A model generated the notes under the pieces. The model saw nothing but the letters and a program-made list of their open reading frames with translations. It made no database searches and was not told where the DNA came from. DNA of 64,000 nt from Algoriphagus sp. (lineage in GTDB: Bacteria > Bacteroidota > Bacteroidia > Cytophagales > Cyclobacteriaceae), in assembly GCA_023653075.1 (NCBI GenBank), contig JAMNXQ010000005.1, positions 13,925 to 77,924 of the forward strand. Reading direction: 5' to 3'. The position numbers were made by a program, and so were the translations under genes. Shown piece by piece: positions 38,465 to 47,886 of this stretch; positions within the stretch are counted from its first letter, which is position 1; each line of letters opens with the position of its first letter.

Positions 38465-39610
38465 ATGAAATTTGGTACCAAAGCCATTCACGCGGGAGTA
38501 GCCCCGGATCCTTCTACTGGAGCCATCATGACTCCCATCTTTCAGACTTCTACCTATGTTCAAAAATCTCCTGGAGACCATCTGGGTTACGAATACAGCC
38601 GAACGCACAATCCCACTCGTACCGCCTTGCAGCAGAGTTTGGCGGCTTTGGAAAATGGGAAACACGGCATTTGCTTCTCTTCTGGCCTTGGCGCCATCGA
38701 TTCGGTCATCAAGTTATTTAACCCAGGAGATGAGATCATCTCGACCAATGACTTGTATGGCGGTAGTTACCGCTTGTTTACCAAAGTTTTCGAGCGCTAC
38801 GGCATCAAATTTCATTTTGTGTCCATGGCCGATCCCGAGGCTCTTTCTTCCCTGGTCAACGAGCGTACCAAGATGGTTTGGGTGGAGACACCTACTAACC
38901 CGATGATGAACATCATCGACCTGAAGGCCATGGCAGCTTTCTCCAAGAAGCACGGCCTGCTTTTGGCGGTGGACAATACCTTCGCTTCTCCTTACTTACA
39001 GAATCCACTTGACCTGGGGGCAGATATCGTGATGCACTCCGTGACCAAGTACCTGGGCGGGCACTCTGATGTCGTGATGGGAGCCTTGATCGTAAATGAC
39101 GATGAGCTTGCTTCTCGCTTGGTCTTCTTGCAAAACGCTTGTGGGGCTACTCCTGGACCTCAGGATTGTTTCTTGGTGCTTCGCGGCATCAAAACGCTTC
39201 ACCTACGCATGGAGCGTCACTGCCAAAATGGAAAAGTGATCGCTGAATACTTACGAAATCATCCTAAGGTAGCCAAGGTCTATTGGCCGGGCTTTGAAGA
39301 TCATCCAAATCACGCGGTTGCGAAGAGTCAAATGCGCGACTTTGGGGGCATGATCTCTTTTACCCTCGTAGGCAATCAACTCGCTGATGCCAAAAAGGTG
39401 ATGGAAAATTTCCACCTCTTTGCCTTGGCAGAATCTTTGGGTGGAGTGGAGTCGCTATGCGGACATCCTGCTAGCATGACTCATGCCTCTATCCCAAAGG
39501 AAGAGCGTGAAAAGGTAGGTTTGGTGGATTCCTTGATCCGACTCAGTGTAGGGGTGGAGGATGTGGAAGATCTCAAAAAAGATCTAGCCGACGCCTTAGC
39601 AAAAGTTTAA
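38465..39610 (+). CDS. Cystathionine gamma-synthase/gamma-lyase (PLP transsulfuration enzyme)
   Basis: YSRTHNPT, ETPTNP, DNTFASP, HSVTKYLGGHSD, AESLGGVESL. Confidence 0.95.
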   Translation: MKFGTKAIHAGVAPDPSTGAIMTPIFQTSTYVQKSPGDHLGYEYSRTHNPTRTALQQSLAALENGKHGICFSSGLGAIDSVIKLFNPGDEIISTNDLYGGSYRLFTKVFERYGIKFHFVSMADPEALSSLVNERTKMVWVETPTNPMMNIIDLKAMAAFSKKHGLLLAVDNTFASPYLQNPLDLGADIVMHSVTKYLGGHSDVVMGALIVNDDELASRLVFLQNACGATPGPQDCFLVLRGIKTLHLRMERHCQNGKVIAEYLRNHPKVAKVYWPGFEDHPNHAVAKSQMRDFGGMISFTLVGNQLADAKKVMENFHLFALAESLGGVESLCGHPASMTHASIPKEEREKVGLVDSLIRLSVGVEDVEDLKKDLADALAKV

Positions 39611-39630
39611 TTATCCAAGAATTTCTTATG

Positions 39631-39670
39631 AATCCCTGCTGCTAATCGCGGTGGGGATTTTTTTTTTTTG
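39631..39670 (+). terminator. Intrinsic terminator
   Basis: aatccctgctgc-taatc-gcggtggggatt followed by a long T run. Confidence 0.8.
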
Positions 39671-39682
39671 ATTCCGGATGAG

Positions 39683-40507
39683 TTAGTTCCCTACTTTTCG
39701 AAGTAGGCTAAGTGCTTGTTTTTCTAGAGTAGCTGTCAGGCTTTTCTTTTCCTCTTTCAACTCCTTCACCCAATCCAGGTATTTTTTGGATACTTCTTCC
39801 TGTTGTCCGATAAAGTGAGTCAAGCTTTGAAGATTGAGGTGGTTAGCATACCAGGGTTTTAAGCCATTTTTCAGACGTTCCAGTTCCTCGTGAATTTGAG
39901 GAAGGTAAATCGGATTGAGGCCGAGGTGAACCAGCAAATTTTCCAAAATGATCACCTTGCGCAGTCCCTCAAAAAGATCTCGGAACCCTTGGGTCGACAT
40001 GGGGGGAGTTACTTCCTTAGTTAAGGAGGCCAGTTCCTCTTGCACCAACTGGTGTATCGAGGTAGTTAGCACCAAGGGCTTAATGCCTTTACTGGCTTCA
40101 AAGGCTTTTTCTAGATAGTCTTCCCATATTTTCAAGGAGCTGCCCACCATCAGGTCAAAGGCTTCCTTTTGCATCCCCCTTTTTTGCTCGTTCAAATAGG
40201 TTTTGAAGCTCTCAAAGGTGAGCGATAAATTTTTTTCACGCTCTTTCAGTCCTTTTTCCACAAGCTTGAGGTGGTGGATTTTTTTTAAGGACTTCTTTAG
40301 GGTTTTCAGTGGAAAAAATAAGGAATAGCCGAGGTGTTTTTGCTCAAAGTGAATCTTCTCCAGCAGTTCAGAATAGAGCTCTAAAAACTCCAATTGTTCC
40401 AAAAGGGCAATGGCCTTTGAAGACTTGATTTCCTTTCCAAGTTCTAAAAAAAGGGCTTTGGCCTGTTGGTGTTGGTGTGAAAAGAGCTGAAATACAGGGG
40501 ATTTCAT
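39683..40507 (-). CDS. Helical hypothetical protein, possibly a degenerate CHAD domain
   Basis: 274 aa, Lys/Glu/Leu-rich all-helical pattern with a two-fold internal layout; family call weak. Confidence 0.5.
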   Translation of the reverse strand: MKSPVFQLFSHQHQQAKALFLELGKEIKSSKAIALLEQLEFLELYSELLEKIHFEQKHLGYSLFFPLKTLKKSLKKIHHLKLVEKGLKEREKNLSLTFESFKTYLNEQKRGMQKEAFDLMVGSSLKIWEDYLEKAFEASKGIKPLVLTTSIHQLVQEELASLTKEVTPPMSTQGFRDLFEGLRKVIILENLLVHLGLNPIYLPQIHEELERLKNGLKPWYANHLNLQSLTHFIGQQEEVSKKYLDWVKELKEEKKSLTATLEKQALSLLRKVGN

Positions 40508-40519
40508 TCGGAGAGTTTC

Positions 40520-41470
40520 TTAGGAAATTTTGACCAAGGTAGCGCCATAGCCCCACTGGTCTTTCTGCGTGTCTTGAAAGTAGGAAATATTTCCAAGTTG
40601 ACTCAATCGCTTGTGAATTTCTTTTCGAAGCACCCCGTTTCCGATGCCGTGGATGAAGGTAATCTGGTCCATTCCTGCAGCGATGGCTTGGTTCAGGTTT
40701 TTCTCAAATACTTCCAATTGAATCCGCAGCTTCTCTGAGTTGCTCAGACTATCTGGCTTCGGATGAATGGCTTCGATGTGCAGGTCTATGGAGGCTGCAG
40801 GTGGCTGCACTTTTGCGGGTTGAGGTGCGGAACTGTGTTGGTTGAGTTCGGCATTCAGTCCGCGAATGTCCAGCTCCTTGGTCGTTTGTTCCAAGGCAAA
40901 TAGGTACACATTCTTTCCGAGCAAGGGAGCCTTACTCAGGTGCTTGAAAAATTGGGTTGCCTTGAGTTTAAACTGCCGCTCAAAGGCAGGGATGGCTTTT
41001 TCTAACTTCGGTTGAATGGCAATAAAGCGCAGCAAAAAAGAGGGCCATTCGTCCAATTCTTTCAGGAGTCGGTCGTCTATTTTTTTGGCTTCTCCTGCAC
41101 CAAGCGTTCCTGCATACAGTGTCCGGTGATTGGTTCCATACACTTCTGAAGCATGGCTGAGGTAGGCTTGACGGCTATCGTTGATGAGGTAGAGACTGAG
41201 GTTTTGGTCATTGATCGGTAAAAAGGCCAGGTAGAGCCCTTGGTCTTTCGGAGCTGAGATGGGCATTGGCGTCTCGATCTCCTGGGAAGGATTGTGGGCC
41301 TCGCCAAAGTAACTTTTCTCCGCTTCCGCTACGAGCACCACCTCGGATTTGAGGACAGGGATTAAAAAGCCATCTTCGATTTCTACCTCGATTCTGCCTC
41401 CTGCTGATACCTTCCGAATGATCCCCTCTTCTTTCCCGTGCAGGACACGTACTCGATCTCCTATGTTCAT
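40520..41470 (-). CDS. DUF2027 + Smr domain protein
   Basis: MNIGDRV; IDLHIE...FIHGIGNGVLR...GYGAT. Confidence 0.92.
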   Translation of the reverse strand: MNIGDRVRVLHGKEEGIIRKVSAGGRIEVEIEDGFLIPVLKSEVVLVAEAEKSYFGEAHNPSQEIETPMPISAPKDQGLYLAFLPINDQNLSLYLINDSRQAYLSHASEVYGTNHRTLYAGTLGAGEAKKIDDRLLKELDEWPSFLLRFIAIQPKLEKAIPAFERQFKLKATQFFKHLSKAPLLGKNVYLFALEQTTKELDIRGLNAELNQHSSAPQPAKVQPPAASIDLHIEAIHPKPDSLSNSEKLRIQLEVFEKNLNQAIAAGMDQITFIHGIGNGVLRKEIHKRLSQLGNISYFQDTQKDQWGYGATLVKIS

Positions 41471-42765
41471 GGTGTCAATGCTTTTTTGTAGGTTTCTATG
41501 GCTCGATTGCGCGCAAATTTATGATCTACAATTGGTTTTGGGTAGGCTGCTGTCCCAAATTCCGGAATCCATTTTTTGATGTAGGTAAGGTCCTTGTCAA
41601 ACTTTTCGGTTTGGGAATCAGGGTTGAAAACCCGGAAATAGGGCTGCGCATCGGTACCTGTTCCTGCCGCCCATTGCCATCCTCCATTGTTGGAGGCCAG
41701 TTCAAAGTCCAGCAATTTCTTTGCAAAATAGGCCTCTCCCCAGCGCCAGTCGATGAGCAAGTGCTTGGTCAAAAAGGAAGCCACAATCATGCGCACTCTG
41801 TTGTGCATAAAGCCTGTAGCATTCAGTTCCCGCATGCCTGCGTCCACAATGGGATAGCCGGTGGTGCCTGCACACCAAGCTTCAAATTCGGTTTCATTAT
41901 TTCTCCAAGGGATGCGGTCGTACTGGGGTTTGAAAGCCCGATCTACCACCTGAGGGGCATTTCCCAGGATCATCGCATAAAATTCCCGCCAGATCAATTC
42001 ATTCATGTAGGTGGCGTTGAGCGAGATAGCCTTGAGGGCGAGTTTGCGGATGGAAAGCGTGCCAAAGCGAAGGTGAATTCCTAAGCGGCTGGTGCCTCGC
42101 TGAGCGGGAAAATTTCTCCGTTCCTCGTAGTGACGAACGATCTCCTCGTCGAGTTCGCTACTTGGGATTTCAATGGGAGAAGGAGCAAAACCCATGTCCG
42201 TTAGCGTAGGCATGGGTAGCGGGGAACTCTGAACTAAGTTTTTCCAATTGGCAGTGGGTAGGGGCTGTACGCGGGTGGTTCTAAATTTTTCCAACCAGTT
42301 TTTACTGTAGGGGGTAAAGACCTTGTAGAACTCCCCGGATCCATTGACGATTTCTCCAGGTTCAAAGATGACCTGGTCTTTGAAGGATAGGAACGGAATG
42401 TTTTTTTCTCCAAGAAGGGCTTCTACTTGGCTATCCCGGGATTGGGCATAGGGCTCGTAATCCCGGTTGGTGTAGACAGACTGTACCTCGTATTCGGTGA
42501 GTAGCTCTTGAAAGATTTCTTCTGGGTGTCCGTATCGAACGAGCATGGAACTTCCTTGCTGCTCGAAAAAGGCCTTCAAACGCGTAATCTGGGTATGTAT
42601 AAAAGAGACCCGGGCATCGGTTTTATCTTCTAAGACATCCAAAATGTGTCGGTCAAAAATGAAGAGCGGGAGTACCTGTTCCTCCTGTTGCAAGGAGTAA
42701 AAAAGTGCAGTCTGGTCTTCGATACGGAGGTCGCGCCGAAACCAGCACAGGCTAATTTTTTTCAT
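41467..42765 (-). CDS. phrB: Deoxyribodipyrimidine photolyase
   Basis: WFRRDLR, TSRLG.HLRFG, ELIWREFY, TGYPIVDAGMREL..TGFMHNRVRM, GGWQW. Confidence 0.95.
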   Translation of the reverse strand: MKKISLCWFRRDLRIEDQTALFYSLQQEEQVLPLFIFDRHILDVLEDKTDARVSFIHTQITRLKAFFEQQGSSMLVRYGHPEEIFQELLTEYEVQSVYTNRDYEPYAQSRDSQVEALLGEKNIPFLSFKDQVIFEPGEIVNGSGEFYKVFTPYSKNWLEKFRTTRVQPLPTANWKNLVQSSPLPMPTLTDMGFAPSPIEIPSSELDEEIVRHYEERRNFPAQRGTSRLGIHLRFGTLSIRKLALKAISLNATYMNELIWREFYAMILGNAPQVVDRAFKPQYDRIPWRNNETEFEAWCAGTTGYPIVDAGMRELNATGFMHNRVRMIVASFLTKHLLIDWRWGEAYFAKKLLDFELASNNGGWQWAAGTGTDAQPYFRVFNPDSQTEKFDKDLTYIKKWIPEFGTAAYPKPIVDHKFARNRAIETYKKALTP

Positions 42766-42822
42766 ACATGTTCTTTAGGTAGAGAATACCGAGGAGCTAG
42801 AAATTGTTTAAAATTTTTAATT

Positions 42823-42872
42823 GTCGACAGACGACTGTCCACAGACCACAGCCCATCTACGTGAACTTCAAC
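42823..42872 (+). repeat. Dispersed repeat family B, partial copy
   Basis: 30-bp core gtcgacagacgactgtccacagaccacagc identical to 50775-50804, followed by tgaacttcaac. Confidence 0.93.
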
Positions 42873-42968
42873 AGTTTCGATGAGTACTTGTAAACTATTG
42901 GTGCTCCAATGAACTAAATCCGCGTGGTTTTTTCCTTCTTAATCCGCGTGAAAAAAAATCCATTACTT

Positions 42969-43227
42969 GTTCGACCCGCAGCTGCGGGTCGTGGACGACT
43001 TATTTACATTCAAATCCACCATGGGTTTCACCCATGGCTATGCATAGTTAGATCCGCTATCGCGGATCTTGCTGTATAGAATCAATATTTCTTAATTAGC
43101 AAAAATTAACCGACCCGCCGCCGCGGGTCAAACCCTGAATAGCCCTAGGTTCACTTGCCGAAGGTAGGTGAACCTAGGGAATACAAATCAAAGAACATAA
43201 GGCCCAATCCGCCGCGGCGGATTGAAC
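42969..43227. repeat. Inverted doublet of three-hairpin REP-like units
   Basis: Hairpins at 42972-42991, 43019-43037, 43050-43069, 43112-43129, 43143-43179 and 43205-43224; second unit is the reverse-complement architecture of the first. Confidence 0.88.
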
Positions 43228-43284
43228 CATCAGCGTTTTTTTCTTGATTAATCTGCGTGAAAAAAGTTTTAAGCAGATTCGATT

Positions 43285-46200
43285 TCAATTTTCCTTGGGA
43301 GGAATTTTCTCCAAACGTACTGGTGGAATGTAATCGTCCTGAAGGGGAAGATTTTCGAGTTTGATGGGTTTCCAGTTTTCTTTTGCCCCATAATCATCTC
43401 GTAAAAAGTCATCGGAATCCTGAAGATTGAGGCGCTCAGCCTTTCTGCGGGCGAGTTTTCGGAAGAGCTCGGATACCGAATTGAAGGATACGTTTTGCGT
43501 CACAGAAGCGCCATAGGAAAGCACATTTTGTGATAGAGACAGCGAGGTAAAGGTGTTGAAATTATTGCGGTTGAAGATCCGAAGTCGGTAGACGCCATCC
43601 TCGGTAATCAAGTATTCTGCCTGCCAATCGCCAATGATGGATGCCGCGCTGGCGGACCCTTTGTTGTCCGTAAACCCACCATCTCGGGAAACGCGTAGTC
43701 GACCATCTAGGAAGGTTCGTGCTACGCTGATTTGGAAATTTTCGAGGGCATTTTGATCCATGGTAGCCAAGTCTATGGATACCTCAAGATTTTTGTCTAG
43801 CTGTCCCATGAAGCGGTTGATTTGGGAAGACAGCAAGTTTCCTAGGCTCGAGGATAGCGTGGATCCTCCAGAAAACTGCCCCTCAGGAGAAAAGCTTTGC
43901 GCGACGATAACCGAAAACACCTGTCGATTCATCTCCTGTTCATCCGCAGCTACTCGATTTTGGAAGGCGGAGATGGTCGTTTGCACATCGCCACTGGAAG
44001 GGAAAGCGCTGAAGTCAAATCCAAATTTGAAAGTTGGGGAGAGCAGTTCTCCTTGCAGGTCCATGAGCACCTTCACGGGGAATCTTCTGCGCATTTGGCT
44101 ATTTTCCTGTTCGGTGCTATTTGCGTTGAGCAGGGGCTGGAGGGATACATTTTCTTGGTAGCTGGCCTTCAGGTTCATGATCCCTGTATAGGGATCTCCA
44201 TACCAGGTGATTCTTCCGCCAGGTTGGACGATAAACTGTTTTTTGACCACGTTGTAGAGGGAGAAATTATATTTTCCTTCCACAATGTCGTAGTTACCAG
44301 CAAGCGAAAAATTACCCTGCGTATCCACGTTCATGTTGAGTGTACCTCTTCCTCGCCCTTGGATACTTTCTTCTGTCTTTGGGTCGATGATGATCTCCGT
44401 AAATGCATCTGGGGTAATGTCCAGAATAAAATTCATTCGAATGTTTTCAATCTCCAATCGCTTGACTTCCTCAGCCAAGGCACGAATGCGCACCGTGTCC
44501 TGCACGTTGATCACTTGAATAAAGTCTTCTTGGAATTGTTCCTTGGAACTCGTCAATGGAATTGAAATTCGGGTATTGGGCCGTGAAGTCACGCGGGCAT
44601 TCACATCCAGGTTGCTCATACTTCCTTTGATCGCTAAAGTACCTGTGGCGTAGGCCGTTCCAAAGAACAATTCGTTGTCCTTGGCACTCGTATTTAGAAC
44701 CTGGAAATTGCTCAACTGGGAGTTGATATCAAGGTAAATGGAAGAAAACCCTTGGTGATTCAGTCCTCCAGTGAAGGTGGCTCGATTGCCATTCCCATCG
44801 CGAAAAGCAAGGTCTTGAAAGCTGACTTGGGTAGGTCGGAAGAGTAGGCTGCCGTCCAATTGGTAAGAGGTGTTTAAGTAATTGATGCGCAATTTACCTT
44901 GTTCAACACGTGCACTGCCGAGCAATTCTGGGTTATCCAAATTCCCTTGGAGTTGTAGGTTCCCAGATAATGTTCCACCGAGATTGGAAATGTATTTGGA
45001 TAGAAAGGGCTCAAAAATTACCAAATTGGCTTGGGTGAGTTTGGCATCAAAGTCAAGGTTTTCGGAGTCCAAATCCACTGTTCCATCAATTGCAATTTTC
45101 TTCTGTTCATTGAAGAAATTTTCCAAGTTGAGTCTCAAGTCCCGCTCTTCCATGGCCGCGGACAGGTCCACTTCCCCAATTGGGAAATCGTTGATTTCTA
45201 GGCCTTCCACATGGAGCGATCCTGTTAGCTTGGCTTGATCTTGTAGCGAGGCAAGTTGGAAACGCCCATCCGCAATCCCTTCTACCTCCAGCGCACTGAT
45301 GGTATTGAGCAGGTCCAGCGAGACGCCTTTTAGATCGAGTTCGAGGGATTCATTGGGATTGGAACTGATTTTCCCTTCCAAACCAAGAGATTGCCCTTCA
45401 TTGGCAATGCGAAGTTTGGAGAAAGTAAGGGCGCCATCTTGCAGGCTGACTAGGTTATTCGGATCAAATTTCCAATCTCGATTCAAGACCCGGAGTAGGG
45501 AAGGCTTGAATTTGAGGAAGGTTCCTGCTTTGGTAAACTGGGTTTCCGCCTCAATTCGCGCCTTACTCTGCGTGGAATCCTGGTCCAAGCTGAGTAGCAA
45601 ATCCAAGTTGGTTTGATCCCAGATTGCTTCTACCCCTAGGTTGGTAAACCCAAGGGTTTTTCCCACAGCCTGCTTCTTGGAATAGACGTAAAAGGAAGCC
45701 AAAATATCCGCACTATTGATGATTTTGGAGGTATTGAAGTCGATGTTGGTATCAAAAGCGGTATTGCCATTGTAGGTGATGGTATCCACGGATGTAAAAA
45801 AGTTGAACACTGTATTCTCGGTGGTTTGGTAGAAGGCGCCTTCCAAAACGGTGTTTTTGGAGATGCTGAGTTGCGGTTCAACCAAGTGGATAAGGGGATT
45901 GATGTCCCGCATGCGGATGTTTAAGTCCAGGTTGTAGTTTTCTGAGAAATTCACCTTCAGGTTAGCCATTGGAGGAGTTTCATTGAGTAGGATAGCAAGG
46001 TATTGCCTGCCGAGCATGGGTAAATCTCTGCTCATCTGCTCCAGTTCAAATTGCCCGGATGCTGCCATGACAAGGTAGTCGGAATTTAGGGATAGCGTGC
46101 GGGTGCCTCCGGCAAATAAGGACTGCACAAAAAAATCACCTGCATCCAAGGAGCGGTCTTTGTAGCCAACTTTGAGGTCTTTCACACGTGCAATGCCTTG

Positions 46201-47886
46201 TACATCGTCTAAAGTGATGCCTTGGGTATCCATGTCTAGGTTTCCACTGAGATACACCGGGGTTTCAGTGAGGTTGAGGCGATCCAAAAATGCGGTATCT
46301 AGGTCAACCAATAGTTTGACCGAGTCAATGCCTGGATTGAGGTTCAGCGTGCCCTTTACCCGTGATTTGAGGTTGGGGTCATTGATCGAAAGATTGCCTC
46401 GGAAAAGATTGAGGCCGTAGATGGCGTCTGTTTGAATCCCAGTGTAGCTGTAGTCGTTGATCCCGATCTCACTGATGCTCGCATTGAGGTCTACGAGGGC
46501 TGTTTCCAAGGATTCTCCCTTGGCTTGAATGGTGCCTTCAAGGGAAAGTTTTTGGAATAACTCTTGATTTTCAGCGATAACGCCCAGATCCAAATTTTGG
46601 ACTCGCAGCTTGGAAGTGAGGATGGAGGTGGCATCTTTCTGCTCGTAATCTAACCGGCCATTTAGGTTTCCTATACTGGTAGCAAAGGATCCGTTAGTGG
46701 TAAAGCGATTCAGCATGCCTGTCAGGTCTGCATCAAAACGAATGATGTTGAATTTATTCAGTTCCTTTTGAACGGCTGGTTCCAGGTATGGGCGCAGGTC
46801 TTTTGCAGAAATCACCGAATTTTTCAAGTCCAATCGTAAGTAGGTGCTGTCGAGCTGGGGCAGTCCTTTGATTAAAAAAGACCCAAAAAGAGCTGTCTTT
46901 TCACCCATTCGAATCAAAAATTCTTCGGAGTTAAGGTCCGAAATCGTTCCTTTTAGGGTGCCACTTAAACTTAAAACATCTTCGATTTGAGGTAGGGTAG
47001 GTGCAAATCGACGAATATCTGAAAGGTCAAGTACTGTTTCGTCGAAGGTGGCGGTAAGTTGGACTTGGTTGACAAAATCGCCGTAGCCTTTGGGTCCCTT
47101 GGGTTCTAATCGCAAGTAGTTCTGGATTCGGCTTTTGTCTGTTTGTAGATTCAGATCTTTCAGCTCCAAGGACTCCGGACTGTAGGCAAGAAGGGTTTTG
47201 AATTGCTTCACCTGCAATCCTGTGAAGCGCTCTTTACCACTTAGGTTGCGAAGGTCTAGACCCAAATTCGGTCCCTCCAATCGAAAATTGGAGGCGTTAG
47301 CAGTCAGCTCGTTCCACTCCATGCGGGAATAATCCCAGCCTTCGGTAAGGGGAGCGGACTGAAGGTTCGTGTAGGCAAAGGTGGTTTGCCGGAGTTCAAG
47401 TTCGTTGATGAAAAATCGTGCGGTCGGCTTTTCGGTCGAGACACTTCCAAAAGCTTGACCCAATGCAGTGATCCATTGGTTGATATTCAAGCTAGAGTCT
47501 CCTTTGTGGTTGATTAGGTGAATGCGTGCTTTTTCCACCCGGATATGATCCAGAAGTGGGTCTCCAGGTGGGAGGAGGGAAGAGATGGAAAAATCTGCGT
47601 AGAGCAGGGCTGCTCCGATCATCAGACTATCTCTTTGATCGTAAATCGCTACATTTTCCAAGTTGAGTGCATCCCACCAGCTGAGGCGTATGGTCCCTAT
47701 CTCGGTACGAAACTTGGTTTTTTCACTGAGCGAACTCGTGACTTTGTCGATGAGCCAGTTTTGAACAGGTGGGAGCTGGATAACTAGGCCGAGTGCCAAA
47801 AAAAGGAGTAGAATAGAAAAGACAGACCAACTCACTACTCGGAAAGCTTTGTGTAAAAAATCCGTAACTTTGGCCTTATTTTCCAA
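43285..47886 (-). CDS. tamB: Translocation/assembly module TamB-domain protein
   Basis: About 1530 aa; N-terminal TM followed by LPPVQNWL; beta-taco-like pattern; C-terminal GGRITWYGDP...; start uncertain (TTG). Confidence 0.88.
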   Translation of the reverse strand: MENKAKVTDFLHKAFRVVSWSVFSILLLFLALGLVIQLPPVQNWLIDKVTSSLSEKTKFRTEIGTIRLSWWDALNLENVAIYDQRDSLMIGAALLYADFSISSLLPPGDPLLDHIRVEKARIHLINHKGDSSLNINQWITALGQAFGSVSTEKPTARFFINELELRQTTFAYTNLQSAPLTEGWDYSRMEWNELTANASNFRLEGPNLGLDLRNLSGKERFTGLQVKQFKTLLAYSPESLELKDLNLQTDKSRIQNYLRLEPKGPKGYGDFVNQVQLTATFDETVLDLSDIRRFAPTLPQIEDVLSLSGTLKGTISDLNSEEFLIRMGEKTALFGSFLIKGLPQLDSTYLRLDLKNSVISAKDLRPYLEPAVQKELNKFNIIRFDADLTGMLNRFTTNGSFATSIGNLNGRLDYEQKDATSILTSKLRVQNLDLGVIAENQELFQKLSLEGTIQAKGESLETALVDLNASISEIGINDYSYTGIQTDAIYGLNLFRGNLSINDPNLKSRVKGTLNLNPGIDSVKLLVDLDTAFLDRLNLTETPVYLSGNLDMDTQGITLDDVQGIARVKDLKVGYKDRSLDAGDFFVQSLFAGGTRTLSLNSDYLVMAASGQFELEQMSRDLPMLGRQYLAILLNETPPMANLKVNFSENYNLDLNIRMRDINPLIHLVEPQLSISKNTVLEGAFYQTTENTVFNFFTSVDTITYNGNTAFDTNIDFNTSKIINSADILASFYVYSKKQAVGKTLGFTNLGVEAIWDQTNLDLLLSLDQDSTQSKARIEAETQFTKAGTFLKFKPSLLRVLNRDWKFDPNNLVSLQDGALTFSKLRIANEGQSLGLEGKISSNPNESLELDLKGVSLDLLNTISALEVEGIADGRFQLASLQDQAKLTGSLHVEGLEINDFPIGEVDLSAAMEERDLRLNLENFFNEQKKIAIDGTVDLDSENLDFDAKLTQANLVIFEPFLSKYISNLGGTLSGNLQLQGNLDNPELLGSARVEQGKLRINYLNTSYQLDGSLLFRPTQVSFQDLAFRDGNGNRATFTGGLNHQGFSSIYLDINSQLSNFQVLNTSAKDNELFFGTAYATGTLAIKGSMSNLDVNARVTSRPNTRISIPLTSSKEQFQEDFIQVINVQDTVRIRALAEEVKRLEIENIRMNFILDITPDAFTEIIIDPKTEESIQGRGRGTLNMNVDTQGNFSLAGNYDIVEGKYNFSLYNVVKKQFIVQPGGRITWYGDPYTGIMNLKASYQENVSLQPLLNANSTEQENSQMRRRFPVKVLMDLQGELLSPTFKFGFDFSAFPSSGDVQTTISAFQNRVAADEQEMNRQVFSVIVAQSFSPEGQFSGGSTLSSSLGNLLSSQINRFMGQLDKNLEVSIDLATMDQNALENFQISVARTFLDGRLRVSRDGGFTDNKGSASAASIIGDWQAEYLITEDGVYRLRIFNRNNFNTFTSLSLSQNVLSYGASVTQNVSFNSVSELFRKLARRKAERLNLQDSDDFLRDDYGAKENWKPIKLENLPLQDDYIPPVRLEKIPPKEN
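47865..47872 (+). promoter_or_regulatory. Bacteroidetes -7 box for tsaD, lying inside the tamB 5' reading frame
   Basis: TAACTTTG 13 nt upstream of the tsaD ATG. Confidence 0.55.

Noticed and set aside
42969-43227. Possible CRISPR array, tRNA or riboswitch
   Set aside because: Palindromes differ in sequence, are irregularly spaced and inverted; no cloverleaf or recognisable aptamer
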